Origin: Eledone cirrhosa
Lineage: Eukaryota
Direction of reading: 5' to 3'
DNA: 64,000 nt
NCBI GenBank assembly: GCA_964016885.1
Contig: CAXHJY010000551.1
Coordinates: forward strand, 86,916-150,915
The position numbers and the translations under genes were made by a program. The notes beneath the pieces were generated by a model. It was not told the origin of the DNA and made no database searches. It saw only the letters and a program-made list of their open reading frames with translations. Shown piece by piece: positions 14,384 to 27,476 of the stretch. Within the stretch, counting starts at the first letter, position 1; every line of letters starts with the position of its first letter.

Positions 14384-14560
14384 TAATAATAATGTTTACT
14401 TTATTGACCAGGAAGGGTTTACATAAAAATACATTAAAGACAGCACAGGGCGGTACAATGTGGGTTTCTGCATGTATAAATGTGTATAAAACAAAGACAA
14501 AGTATGTAACAAAAAAAAACAAAAAAATAGAATCAAAAGAACTCAGAGCAACAACAACAG
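14384..14560 (-). mobile_element. 3' tail of a LINE (Tx1-like 3'UTR) with (ATT)n end
   Basis: Matches positions 1-62; T-rich UTR, AATAAA on the minus strand, (ATT)n tail. Confidence 0.45.
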
Positions 14561-14621
14561 CAACAACAAGATGATGAGTATAACGATAATGAAGATAATA
14601 TGTGGCTGAGTGGAAGATAAT

Positions 14622-14830
14622 GCGTGGCTGAGTGGTGAGAGAATTGGATTCGCAATCGTGAGGTTGTGAGTTCGATTCTCGGACCGGGCGATGCGTTATG
14701 TCCTTGGGCAAGACACTTTATTTCACGTTGCTTCTTCTACCTGGAGTTGCGACCGATAGATAGTATTAGCAATTGGAAAGACCAATGGAAACATTGTTTC
14801 CTCAGTCCGATTTGACGAAAGTCGATCGTC
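14622..14830 (+). mobile_element. tRNA(Arg)-derived CORE-type SINE (octopus OR-like)
   Basis: Box A TGGCTGAGTGG, box B GAGTTCGATTC, core TGTCCTTGGGCAAGACACTT; second copy at 57926-58137. Confidence 0.8.
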
Positions 14831-15096
14831 TGTCGTTGGTAACCAACATAATTTCTAAATTTGGCAGAAAGCTATCAGAAATCATCAGACATTATCGGAG
14901 ATCATCAACATGTATCCACCAAATATCAAATGTTAACCGAGGTCATTAAGTGAACTGACTCACCTTTAATATTTGTGTATATTTCTTGATAATTAAGTTT
15001 ATATTGAGTGAAATTTTAGCTGATAAAAAGAGTGATGGAATATTGAGGACGTTACTAATTGGTTTTTATTAATGATTATTTAATTATGATAGAGAG

Positions 15097-16115
15097 AGGT
15101 GGATTAGCAGAATCACTAGAGCGTCGAATAAAATACTTTGTGACATTTTGTTCGTCCTTTGTTTAAATACCGCCGAGGTCAACTTGATTTCATCAATCCG
15201 GGATAGATTAAATAAAGGACCACTGAAGTACTTGGGTCGAATTAAAGGCATTTCCCTCTAACTCTTGAGCCTGAATTTAAACCATTATTTCGGCAGTATC
15301 ACTAGAGCGACGAATATCATGCTTCGCAGCATAGAGTTACATCTTTTTACGTTTTGAGTTCAAATCCCGCTGAAGTTAGCTTTGCCTTTCATCTTTGCGG
15401 GGTCGATAAAATAAAGCACTAATAACGTACTGGGGTCGATTTAATCGACATTCCCCACCCCAAAAGTTCTTGGCCTTGTGCCTAAATCAGAAACCATTAT
15501 TTCGTTAGGATTTGTAGAATCGTTAGACCATCGGACGAAATATCTTACCGCATGCAGTCAAAATATATTAGATTTTCAATTAAGATTTAATGGAGGTCAA
15601 CGTTGTTTTACTTTCTTCCAAAGTACAAAGAACAAGGTACTATCTATCTATTGGAATCGAAAGAATTTGAGACATTGAGCCTACGTTAGTAATACTTATT
15701 TGGTTGCAACAGAAAAGTAGATTGACAGAATCAAACAGCATTACCATGTCTAGCAGAATTTAGTTACGATCCATTATGATATGAGTTCCACAAATCCTAC
15801 CGATGTCAACTTCGTTTCTCATCATTTCGGGGGCTGGTTTGATAATGTACTAATCGAATATTGTGAAGATATTTATCGACTAATCATCAACAATTAAATT
15901 TGCGGATGATTTTTCAGAAAGGATTAATTGTTATTAGAGAGTGGTCGGTTCGAACCACTACATTCTTGTTTCAAATCCCGCTGAGATAAACTTTGCATAT
16001 CATTCTAACGGGTTCGATGAACTAAAGAACCAGTAAAGTACGGAGGTTGGTATAATGGATTTTCCCCTTCCTTCCAAAATTGTTGGGCTTATACCGAAAA
16101 TATAAACCATTATTT
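15097..16115 (+). mobile_element. Head-to-tail cluster of about five diverged Meta-like SINE copies
   Basis: Repeated box B/core at ~15165, 15357, 15590, 15783 and 15970, each followed by a gtactggggtcga-like motif and mostly an aaaccattatt-like tail. Confidence 0.7.
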
Positions 16116-17042
16116 AGTTACTAATCTTTTGTATTGCGAATTGTTTTTATTGTAGTTATTCAGATCTCGGTCCAGAGTTGCTAGATTAACCTACAAGTAG
16201 CAGATTAAATGATTTTTCGGAACTGCACGCAATGCTTTTGAACATTCGGTTGGCTTCATACTTACAGAGGAAAGGGCTACAATCTGCTATTGTTTTTTAT
16301 CATATTAAAAACAATTATGTAAGTTACACTGTTGGCCAATCAGTAAAATTAGACAGTAGATTATTAATTTGTATATATTAGACGGTGGATTATTAATTGG
16401 CTACTATTTATAGTACATTGAGAGATCGCATAGAAACCCACTGGGGTAATAAAGTGAATCTAAACTTGTTGGTAGCAATTAGACATTTGCGTAGTCGAAG
16501 TCTGCATTGTCTTTGAAATTACGATGTCAGGTTTACTCTGTGTGTCAAAGTGAAAGTGGCACCTTATATACAACGATCGCCAAAGTCCGAACAATCTAAG
16601 TATTATCTTAATATATCTGGATTATTCCAAATCTATACACATTTCAACAATAAGTAAGTGGTAAAATGTACAATAAAATGTTTCAAAAGCTCTGGCTTAC
16701 TCATCCACAATATTCCAGTTGGTTTAGAGAAGTGAAATATTATATATATATATAAACGTTATATAAATTGCGTACGGTTTATGTTCGGTTCGAAATGATG
16801 AAATTTGAAGTTTGATAAGAAAACCTAAGTGAGAAACATGAAGTGCAGTTATGTCCAGAAATGTCAAAATTGGTAAAATGTTTGGCGCATACTATGGGTG
16901 AAATGGAAACGAGGTGATGACAAATTGAATTCTAAGTAGATGGTGTATAGTAAAGAAGTTTATGACAACAGTGACCATTGTAGTAAATACAGTAATGTAC
17001 ACACACACATGCACACATACACGCACATATATATATATATAT

Positions 17043-20000
17043 CCCCTTCACTTCCACAAACCACAACCCCACCCAACAACCCATCCCCAACCAGCATGGA
17101 AATTGAGCGGCCCGTTTCCCGGGACGCAGAGAGGTAAGTGCCTTTTCTCTTTACCACCAACATGGCTGTGCTAAGAGTAGGGTGTCTAAATGCGCGTGGC
17201 CTGGGCTCGTCTTGGAAGCAAGCAATGCTTCTAAATGACCTCAGGTCACAATCTATAAATGTGATGGTTATCTGCGAGGCCCGGATCAGCAGCATGCGAC
17301 AGCTAGCCCCCACCTTTGACGACTTTGAGATGCACGCATCTCTCTGTCAGCCCGGAGGTGGGGGTGGGGTTGTCGTTCTGCTGCAAAAACATATGGGCCT
17401 TGCAACACAGATAGTTCACTTGGACCCAGGGGGTCGACTGGTGGTGCTGGACCTTGGCAGTGGTGAAGGTAGAGCCTTTAGGCTGATAGCCGCATATGCC
17501 CCTTTTGGGACAGAGCGGCCCGACTTTTTCCAGCGTCTGGAGTCTTTTCTAGGGACGTCCCGTTCCCTGCTTTTAGTGGGGGATTGGAATGGTATCCTGG
17601 ATGCACGTTGGGACTATGCAGGGGCATGTCCCGATAGAGAGGGGTGCAACAGCCTCAAGGGGTTACTCGGCCGATTTGACCTGGCCGATAGATTTCGACT
17701 AGATTTTCCGACGGTGCCAACCTGGTCTTGGTCAAATCGCAGCGGATCATCTAGATCGTACCTAGATAGATTTTTAGTTAGAAATAAGGACAGGGACTTT
17801 TTAAGTTGTCCAGAAATGCTCATGGTTGGCTATTCAGACCACAAGTTGGTGACCTGCATGGTCAACCTTGATAGAACGCATAGACAGGGCCCCGGTTACT
17901 GGAAGCTCAACTTGTCCTTGCCGGCAAGTAGAGCCTACAGGAATCGGATTAGTACGTTAGTTAAGGAACAGTTGACTGGAGCGATCGTCAACAGCAGGTG
18001 GTGGGTATCTCTAAAGAGAGAGATTAGAGTAGTCTCGATTGAATTTAGTAAGGTTCTAGCTGCGGATAGGAATAGGAAGGAAAAGGAGCTAATAGATAGA
18101 GTAGAAGAGGCAATTAGAAGCGGCGACGTGGCCAGGGTGCTAGCGTCGAGAACGGCTTTGAGCCAGTTTTTCGACGCGAAGCACGAAGGCTGCGTTGTCC
18201 GAAGTAAAATACGTGCTCTAGGGAACGAGGGGGCCAAAGCTGTTAGCTGGGCCCGCGTGACAGAGGCCAACAGTGGAACTAAATCCACCATCCGGTCTTT
18301 GCGAGACCTGGATGGACGGGCGATTCTTGAGCCTAAGCAGATGTGTGAGGCCTTTCAAAGGCACTTTGCCCGACTGTTCGGGAGGGGCGGGGAGCCGGTT
18401 GGGAACGTGGACTTCGGTCCATACCTCGACGGCCTGCCGCGCCTCTCGGACAGGGAGGCGAAGTCCTGCGAGGAGCCGATTTCGGCCGCTGAGATAGAGG
18501 ACGTGCTGAGCCAATGCGGCAAACGCAAATCCCCGGGTCTCGATGGTCTTCCTTACGAATTATATCTAGCTATGCCGGACTTGTTCCCCGATCTCCTCGA
18601 GGCGGTCTACTGCAACTGGCAACAGAACGGGAGAATTCCCTGTACTGTGACCAAGGGCGTAGTCACGCTAGTGAGGAAGGACGAGAACAAGGGGGACGAA
18701 ATAAGTAACTTCAGGCCCATAACTCTGCTAAATACAGAGTTACAGATTTTGGCCAAGGTGCTAGCAAAGAGGTTGGCGCTTGTCGTGGGCAACCTGGTGG
18801 GAGATGCGCAGACATGCGCTATCCCGTCCAGGTCCATCCATGACAACCTCCACCTCATGCGATACATCATAGAGAGGGTTGGGAACGAACCCGGCTTTGG
18901 TGGGGCTCTGATCAACTTGGATCAATCTAAGGCGTTCGATAGGGTCGACCATGGTTACCTGGATGCGGTGCTAGCGGCGGCAGGCTTCGGACCCGTTTTC
19001 AGGGGCTGGATCACTGCTATGCACAGCAGCCGCATCTGCTCTAGGGTCAAGGTGAACGGCTACCTCTCGGAGCCGTTCAAAATCGCGCGGTCCATCCGAC
19101 AAGGGTGCCCTCTCTCCTCCCTTCTGTATGTGTTGACTCTCGAGCCACTACTGCGGAAGTTGGAGTTGTTGCAGGGCATCCCTTTGGAACCGGGATCTCG
19201 GAAAGCGGTGTCAGCCTACGCCGATGATGTGACAGTAATGGTGTCGACGGCCTCCGAAATCGAGGCGGTCGGCACCTTACTGGAGGAGTACGAAAAGTTC
19301 ATAGGGGCTAAGCTGAACCGGGACAAGTCGATCGGTTTGCAACTCGGCACGTGGAGGGGCAGACCGATGCCCTCTGATGGCGTCGTAGGACGCTGGACGG
19401 AGGGCCCGGTGAAGTTGCTCGGGGTCTGGTTCGGACCAGACCTCCAGGTGGAGAAAAACTGGGCGGAGGTTACGAACAGGGTGTTTGCACTGACCCAGAA
19501 GTGGGCCAGTTGCAAACTATCCCTGAAAGGTCGGGCGGAGGTGGCGAACACTTATATAGCGTCCGTCATCTACTACCGCCTGGCCGTAGTGCCCTGCCCA
19601 AGGGAAACCCTCACCAAGATGGAGCGCGCGCTCTTCCAATTCCTTTGGAAGAGGCGGGCTCCTATGGTGAGGAGATCCATCTGCTGTCAACACCCTTCGA
19701 AAGGAGGGCTGGGGATGCCGTGGCTAATGATGCGTAAACACGCATTAAGGCTACGGCACCTCTACGTATTCCTCACCCGACAACCGGTGTGGGCCTCGTT
19801 TGTGAGACGAACCTTTCCCAGACTCGTCTCACTCACCGAGCTGCAATCCTGGGTCAAGCAAAGACCGAGAAAACTGGGCGCCTGGCACACTGAGTGTGCC
19901 CAGGCGCTCACCGCCCTCTGGCAGGCGGATCCGGTTATCAGTGGAGACTCCACCGCAACATTCTATAGAGGGCTGGTACGCAGCAGGTGCGACGACGCCC

Positions 20001-20863
20001 TCGGAGAAGCCCTAGACATGGAGGAGGACGAACTGGCCAGCCTGTTCGGTAGGACATTCAGCCCGGGACCTATGGACAACTTCCAGAAGTCCCTGGCCTG
20101 GCAGTGCTACCGAGGGGCGTTACCCGTTCGAGAAAGGCTCTACAGACACGGGCGCCCGGGTAGGGACCCCGCCAAAAAGATCTGTCCCAGATGCGTGTGC
20201 GACGAGGAAACCGTTGCACACGCATTGGTACACTGCTCGGGCGTAGCCGATCTGTGGGGCTATGTCGAACAACTGCTGTCAAGGGTGGGACCGATCCGGT
20301 TGACCACCGAGTCTATTGTAATGATCAAGCCGCCTCCCCCCTTCAAAGATGAAGCAGAGGCGGTGTTTCTGTGCGTAATAGCCATGGCGAAAGAGGTTGT
20401 ATGGTGGACGCGTCTGAAAGGACTGAGGTCAGGCACCTTTCTCTCTGGCCAACAACTGGTCCGTTTCTTCCGATATCATTTCGGAAGAAGGATCAGGATG
20501 GAGAGAGAGGTGCTGCACCCCAGTCGTTTTTATGAAAGGTGGGTGAAAGTGGCGAGAATGGCCCGTGTGAATGGGCCTTCTCTTTACATAAGCCTGTAGG
20601 TGGAAAAGAGGAAGGAACGAGGGAGCACCCCCTCTCTGTGCTCCTGAGGAAAAGGGTTGCACACTTTTTTCGGGGGAGTGTGCGACCCCCCAAGGCGCCT
20701 CCTCTCTATTGAGGATTTTGTTAAAAATTTTATTTTTTGTTATATCTTATTTTATTTTTATATTTTGTTATTGCCTCCTCCTTATTGAGGACGCCTTTTT
20801 GCGTAAACTCCCCCCTTTGTACTTGTCCCACTTTTGATGCCCTAGTGGCAAATAAAAGAAACT
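17043..20863 (+). mobile_element. 5'-truncated young Tx1-like LINE inserted in a (TA)n tract
   Basis: GC-rich block between (TA)n runs (17027-17042 and 20864-20874). Pro/Thr-rich reading frame ending TAA at 17137 is a probable ORF1 C-terminus. ORF2 follows, then a T-rich 3'UTR with AATAAA at 20851. Confidence 0.88.
17162..20599 (+). CDS. Tx1/L1-clade non-LTR retrotransposon ORF2: APE endonuclease, reverse transcriptase and C-terminal zinc knuckle; uninterrupted, 1145 aa from the first ATG
   Basis: APE motifs LNARGL, ICE, AYAP, GDWN, YLDR, SDH. RT motifs KSPGLDG, NFRPITLLN, LDQSKAFDRV, RQGCPLS, YADD, KLLGV. Zinc knuckle CPRC-x-ETVAHALVHC. The track starts at a GTG (17138); first ATG is 17162. 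Confidence 0.96.
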   Translation: MAVLRVGCLNARGLGSSWKQAMLLNDLRSQSINVMVICEARISSMRQLAPTFDDFEMHASLCQPGGGGGVVVLLQKHMGLATQIVHLDPGGRLVVLDLGSGEGRAFRLIAAYAPFGTERPDFFQRLESFLGTSRSLLLVGDWNGILDARWDYAGACPDREGCNSLKGLLGRFDLADRFRLDFPTVPTWSWSNRSGSSRSYLDRFLVRNKDRDFLSCPEMLMVGYSDHKLVTCMVNLDRTHRQGPGYWKLNLSLPASRAYRNRISTLVKEQLTGAIVNSRWWVSLKREIRVVSIEFSKVLAADRNRKEKELIDRVEEAIRSGDVARVLASRTALSQFFDAKHEGCVVRSKIRALGNEGAKAVSWARVTEANSGTKSTIRSLRDLDGRAILEPKQMCEAFQRHFARLFGRGGEPVGNVDFGPYLDGLPRLSDREAKSCEEPISAAEIEDVLSQCGKRKSPGLDGLPYELYLAMPDLFPDLLEAVYCNWQQNGRIPCTVTKGVVTLVRKDENKGDEISNFRPITLLNTELQILAKVLAKRLALVVGNLVGDAQTCAIPSRSIHDNLHLMRYIIERVGNEPGFGGALINLDQSKAFDRVDHGYLDAVLAAAGFGPVFRGWITAMHSSRICSRVKVNGYLSEPFKIARSIRQGCPLSSLLYVLTLEPLLRKLELLQGIPLEPGSRKAVSAYADDVTVMVSTASEIEAVGTLLEEYEKFIGAKLNRDKSIGLQLGTWRGRPMPSDGVVGRWTEGPVKLLGVWFGPDLQVEKNWAEVTNRVFALTQKWASCKLSLKGRAEVANTYIASVIYYRLAVVPCPRETLTKMERALFQFLWKRRAPMVRRSICCQHPSKGGLGMPWLMMRKHALRLRHLYVFLTRQPVWASFVRRTFPRLVSLTELQSWVKQRPRKLGAWHTECAQALTALWQADPVISGDSTATFYRGLVRSRCDDALGEALDMEEDELASLFGRTFSPGPMDNFQKSLAWQCYRGALPVRERLYRHGRPGRDPAKKICPRCVCDEETVAHALVHCSGVADLWGYVEQLLSRVGPIRLTTESIVMIKPPPPFKDEAEAVFLCVIAMAKEVVWWTRLKGLRSGTFLSGQQLVRFFRYHFGRRIRMEREVLHPSRFYERWVKVARMARVNGPSLYISL

Positions 20864-23349
20864 TATATATATATGTGTGTTGAAGTAGAGTGCAATTGTT
20901 TATGAGAGTCATGAAGTTACTCCATATTTCTACGTGGTGTTTTGCAGTTCCTTGTCGATAACGCCCCTCCCCCACTAAATATTGATCGATGTCGGTCAGC
21001 TGCAAAGAAAGTAATTGATCATCAGTTCATACTTATGTTATTGCAATAAGCATTTATCTCCCTTTCATATTAACGAGAAATAAATTGAACTTATTAACGA
21101 GGCTCTAAAACGTTACCATCACACTTGTCTTTGTAATTCACTAAATAGTTTACACCTCTGATCAGTAAAACTAGTAGTAACACAGTTATTCTCACATTTA
21201 TCCATTATTTTTACTAGAGCACCACTATCATCACATTGGAAATATCAACGATCATCACTACGAACAACAACGAGGGAGCATTTATTTGATTCAGTCTCTC
21301 GATTTGGTAATGATAGAAGCGAACCACCCACCCGCCCACTACCATCTTAAAATGTAAGGATTGGTATATAGGCTAATGCAGACTTGAATGGAATGTCGTA
21401 GGGAATAAAGACGGAATGACCACGACTGGAACATTTTTCAATAAAGGTCTACTCAATCATGTTTTAACTTGGCCGACACAACGAACAATATCATTCACAG
21501 CCCCATCAGAATAACTGCCATCAACACCACCCCAACCAAAAGTCCATTTACCCGCGCGTAAATGTTTCGAGCATTGAGATTTGAAAACATAAGAAAAACA
21601 TCATGAGTGAGAATACATACAAATTGTCGATGAAATAATTACAATTGCATTATAACTACTGAGTACTGAACATTCATCCCTCTCCTAATACCTCATACGA
21701 AGGCACTCGTTTCTTCTTTCTTCTTGGGTATGATTAATGACGATGAATAATCACATTGGATTTAATATTGGTCTTGGATTGTTGTCAGTTGCGTATTATA
21801 AATTAGATGAAATAACTTTGAATGTTGTTCTATATTTTTGGTTCATTCGCATTTTTTTTTTTTTTTTTAATATTTCAAATTGATATTTTAAAGTCTACAA
21901 AAGTAATCTCATTTACAATAGCAAAGAAATTAAAGAGGTGAAAGTCGTGTGATAGTTTAAATGTTAACAGAAATATTTTTTTTTCATAGAAGTAAATATG
22001 ACATGTATATGTGTGACGTATTGTTTTAAGATTCAGTTGTAAAGCTTTGTTAAAAGAATTATGTTGAACGACACTATTTCACCAAGCGTAATGAAAACGA
22101 ACAACTGAAATGAATTCCCCATGTAGATAACCTACCATTAAAACCTGTCTTTGTATATACAACAATCTATTTTCAAATACTTCCGTAAAGCCAGAAAGTT
22201 ATGAAATGTGTGAGCTAATTACAACTGGAGTAATAAAACTACACATTGTGAGTTCCTATAAAAGATTGTATAGTTGGTACAAATATGTCAGCAAGTCCAC
22301 CAAAAATGTCAGCTGGTCACCGAATTTTAGTTCATCACGGAGTGCACTTAATAGTTGTATAGAAAAAAAACATATATAAAAAATAATAAGTGATTTTGCT
22401 TTATTCTCCTGCAAATGTAAGGATAGTGTACCATTTATGGTAGGATATTATTTCTTTATATAAAAAAACCCCCAAAAACTATAAACCTTTCACTAAATTC
22501 TAATACCGCAATATTCTGTTATTGTCTCATATGTAAGATGTTCGCTGATTAAGCAGAGGGCAGGTATTCAAGCACGTCTTAGTGCTGATAAATCAAAGAT
22601 TAGTGTTTATAAGTATTAAATGAATTCCAAATTTGAAATGAAAATACTAAAACTAGTCATATTATTTAAAATTTTAATCGCTATCAATAGCCGCATAAAT
22701 GATCTAATTTTGAAATACACATGTCAATATCAGATTTCAACCAATGCTGCAATTGTTTACAATTCAACTGAAAATCAGTGGTTGGTACATTTTTCAACTC
22801 TAAAAGAACAAAAACAAGAATCAAAGGGGGAATATATTACAGAGTTTTTCTATCAATTGAATCAACTGCAACGGATCTTCTGAGATTTACAAAATCCTGA
22901 ACATGCGATGCCTGATGAAACTCCTGATTTCTTGCCACTAAAATTATTTCCTTTAGAACCGGATAATACTTTGGTATCTAAATGAATATCTCATCGATCT
23001 TGGTATTGTGTAAATCTTATATCGATTACTGAAACATACCCACTTTCGGGTAGCATGCCTTAGAAATTGTATAACTGATTTCTATCTGATTTTCTCAACA
23101 TCAAATTTATCCAAGCGCTACTTGCATGCTAGACATTTCAATGTGGTCGTTCAGCCCGTTAAGAAGAGCAGAAAATCCTACTAAAAACTTGCAATTTACA
23201 ATTGGCTGTCATGATAAAGGGTGCATTGGACAATGTATGATAGATACACAAAATATCTCGAGGAAAAACAAAATATACCAATACCACCACCACCGCCACC
23301 CCGACCACCCCCATTACTACTACTACTACTACTACTACTTATTCTACTA

Positions 23350-23391
<42 letters not shown>

Positions 23392-23828
23392 TTACTTAGC
23401 CAATCAGTATTAAGTGCCGCTACGAGATTGGAAGACCAACAGTGAGAATTCCGTTTCACAGGCTCGGAACCAACTAAGCATTTATAATCTATTCGGGTCA
23501 AGCTCATATTTTGGCATTTGAATCTGAAATATGTTTAATTATCAATATGTAAACATACCTGTGTGTCTGTGTATGTATGTGTGCGTATCTGTGTCTGTAT
23601 GTGTGTGGGTGTGTGTGTCTGTGTGTGTGTGTGAGTATCTCCTCCACCATGTACACATATTGTCACATTTCCTATTTTATATTTTCTCATTTATTGAGTC
23701 CTGATATAACGAGATACGGATATCCGCTTGAAAACATTCACACGCACATACACACACATACACATAGACAGACACATATACAAACTCAGACAAACATACA
23801 CGCACATGCACACACACACATACATACG

Positions 23829-23860
<32 letters not shown>

Positions 23861-24136
23861 GAGAAGAAAGAAGAATACTGCGTGGTTGTACATAGGTTAC
23901 TTGGGCAAATTTGAGGATACTGTTAAAACAAAAGGAAGTGTTGGTAGATGACGGTATATTCTTAGCGGAATAATGTATGTCATATAGATCTATGTGGTGC
24001 AGTGATGAGTAAGTCCTTATGTCAAAAGAGTGCGCAACAAAACGAGCAGATGAATGCGAGTCAGTCGAAATAATTCTTAAAGGTTTGTGACAAAAATTCC
24101 ACATAGAATCATTAAGTTTATGTAGTAAATATATCG

Positions 24137-24378
<242 letters not shown>

Positions 24379-24419
24379 GTTTGTTCATGGAAAAATCTCA
24401 AAAAGCCACTCTGACCAAT

Positions 24420-25085
24420 AGGGTATGTACTTCCACTTTGAATCTACTTGTGTATATTCAAAGCTGGTCCACTCTCATCCACCCTTGTATAAATTTGTTG
24501 GAATACAACACCTCCTTCATCACCGACAATTTCCTTTTGAAGTAAAATTTGAAACAGTCTATGAGCAGTGGGCCAACGATGTAGGTGACTAACTTCAGCC
24601 TTTTTAATCTTGTTAGCCACACAACCTCTTTCAACATAGCCACCATCCTATACATGATAGCAGCTGTTCAACATAACACTACAAGCCAGCAATACTCGTG
24701 CACCTAAGGCGGTTTTGTCACTCTACGCACATCACTGATAGACCCGGCTGACGGCACTTCCATACCTATAGAGTTCTACGCGAGAACGTCGTTGCTTTTA
24801 CCAATGACTAAGCCTTTATTGAACGTCAAGTAGGAGTTTCCAACGACCGAATTCCTGATTGTCAGAGGGCTGTGAAAGCTTGATGACATTCCAGTCACCA
24901 GATTTCTCGTCAACTCATCCCAGTTTTCGTCCACTTGGAGACCCCTATCAATTTAACAGTTCCGGCTGTCCAACGAATGGTCTGTTTATGCCCTATCTGC
25001 ATGTCCGCCGAAATGCTCAACTTAAAATGATCTCTAATATTGCCAAATTCAGTAATTTGAGAACCTCAGACTTAACTGGTACTTA
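24420..25085 (-). pseudogene. Old, internally deleted Tx1-like LINE fragment
   Basis: AMLKEVVWLTRLKRL...FKFYFKRKL..KEVL..NKF..GW matches the ORF2 C-terminus. Upstream RWTAGTVKLIGV matches RWTEGPVKLLGV, and YVEQL is retained. Confidence 0.8.
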
Positions 25086-25467
25086 ATTTATTGCCTTTAG
25101 AATCACTACCACTTCCTACTCAGAAATATAACACACACGCACATGCGCGCGCGCACACACACACACATACACACACAGAGACAATCCCCCCCATATATAT
25201 ATTATATATATATATATATATATGTATCTCTCTCTCTCTAAATATATATATATATGTGTGTGTGTGTATGTGTGTTTTGTGTGTGTATGTGCGCGTGTGT
25301 GTGTGAGTGTATGTGTGTGTTTGTGCGTGTGTATGAGTGTATGTGTGTGTGTGTGAGTGTGTGTGTGTGTAAACAAGCGGTTGACATAAGAAGCATTAAG
25401 AAAACTTGAAGTTTGAAATTTGTACCTCCGAATGAAAGTAACCATAATAAAAATGGATTACTATAAA

Positions 25468-25676
25468 TAATGGTTTCTTATATAGGCACAAGGCCAGCAA
25501 TTTCTGGACAGTCGATTAAATCGACCCCAGTGCGTGACTGGTACTTTATTTTATCGACCCCGTAAGGATGAAAGGCAAAGTTAACCTCGGCGGGATTTGA
25601 ACTCAGATTATAAAGGCCGTTACTCTATGCTGCAAAGCATGGCGTCCGACTCTCAACCGATACTGCCAATCCACTG
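25468..25676 (-). mobile_element. Meta-like SINE
   Basis: Full match. Further decayed plus-strand copies at ~25780-25890, 26580-26720, 37945-38100 and 44560-44715. Confidence 0.8.
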
Positions 25677-25957
25677 TAAATAATAGTTGATAAAGTATCT
25701 CTTAAGATGTAAAAATGTTGATAATGACGTCTGCGATGAAGTGTTCTCCGCACCTCTTTTGTGCCGAATAGAGCGTGTTGAGATATTAGCTGCTGCTCTC
25801 TGCACTGAGTTCAAATCTCATCGAGGTCAGCTTTTCTTTTCATCATTTAGAGGTTGAAATAATATAATACCAGTTCAGTACTAGGTTCGATTCTTCTATT
25901 TCTCCACCTTTCTCACTTGCACTCACTTTCTATCTCTTTTTTTTTTCTGTTTCCCAG

Positions 25958-26130
25958 GAAATGTTCAAACCCGGCGAAAGTTAGTTACGCCAGGTTTAAA
26001 TGCTCAACTAGATTACGACGATACCCTTACAACTCCACCTGGTGTTTAGGACCGATGGCTAAATGGATAATTATTAATTAATACAGGAACTGGAAGTGGA
26101 GACAAAGAATCGGTGAAGACTGTAGGAGAC
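25958..26130 (+). pseudogene. Possible decayed exon encoding a Sushi/CCP-like module
   Basis: Polypyrimidine tract plus CAG acceptor and GTGAGT donor; frame KCSNPAKVSYARFKCSTRLRRYPYNSTWCLG...N*YRNWKW..EDCRR with one TAA. Confidence 0.35.
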
Positions 26131-27040
26131 GTGAGTACGTCAGATGAATTTGAGGATTTGTTGTATGCAACTAGCTAAAAGGTTGATGGTGTTAAGAGAT
26201 AATTTCACTACATTAGATGACAAAATGTGACATCAACACTGCAAAATGACGAAATATATTTGACTGTATACTCAGTACACTGTTTGCGTGGTAAAACTCA
26301 TTAGTATATGGTGTCGATTAACTAATATATAGTCTGGGTGACAGTTAAACATAATAGATCAGGAGATAGCAGAACACTGTTAGCAAATTACAAACAACTG
26401 ATTCCTGTAGTGAGCGAATATTTACATTATAAACCAAAACAGACATTTCTCTCAATGATAAACATTCTGTTGGTTATTCGAATAAAAGAAATTTACCTTA
26501 CAAATAAAATATCCATACATTCATCGATACATATGAACCATTCAAAATACACATGTATATATACTCCTGTTTATACTATGAACCGGCGAGTGGAATATTT
26601 TGCGGCATTCGGCCCGGCTCTCTTCGCTCTGATTTCAAATCCTACGAATGTAAACTTTGCCTATCAGTCTTTTGAGGGCTGATAAAACAAATACTAGTGC
26701 AATACTGGAGTCGATTCGCCCTCTATAACTATTTCTCACTTCCTCACTATCACTTTCTCTTCTTCTCTGAAAGAAATCGGTGGCGTACACACCTGGAAAA
26801 GGGATGAGCTCCACCAAGCTTAAAATGTTCCTAGACGTCCATACAACTAAACATGGAGATACTCATACATACATACATAGAAACATACATAGATACATAC
26901 ATACATACATACATACATGCATACATAGATACATACATACATACATACATACATGCATACATACATAGAAACATACATAGATACATACATACATACATAC
27001 AAACATACATACATACATACATACATACATACATACATGC

Positions 27041-27371
27041 ATGGCGGCTGCCAACTCGTTTTCGAGTACGGCCACTACTTTATATCCATATAGGAGAACT
27101 CCTACGAATGCGCTGAACGAGTGTGACTTTTTAGTCCAGCCAGCGACTTGAAAACTCTGGTACAAACACTACACTTGTGACAATTATTGACACATAGTGC
27201 TGGGCTCATGGTACCATGCGACGACAAGTGCAGAGAGATCTCCAGATATAAAGCAATGCCTGTGCCGTGAAGCTTTTATAGTGAGCACAGGCACTGCACA
27301 AAGCCAGTCCCACTCTCTTAACCAAGATGATATTTACCAAAAAGAAGAACAAGTCGACATCATTGGATACC
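27041..27371. repeat. Family D, copy 2, in (TACA)n
   Basis: Near-identical to copies 1 and 3. Confidence 0.9.
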
Positions 27372-27439
27372 TGCATACATACATGCATACATACATACAT
27401 ACATGCATACATACATACATACATACATACATACATACA

Positions 27440-27476
<37 letters not shown>

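Noticed and set aside
14622-14700. tRNA gene
   Set aside because: The tRNA-like head has no acceptor stem and runs into a SINE core present in a second copy.
17614-20693. Short alternative-frame and antisense ORFs within the LINE
   Set aside because: Shadows of the GC-rich ORF2 with no motifs.
22620-23100. 87-aa ORF, a minus-strand Cys-containing frame and CTGATGA at 22912
   Set aside because: No recognisable domain and no HHR helices; perhaps very old transposon debris, but unsupported.
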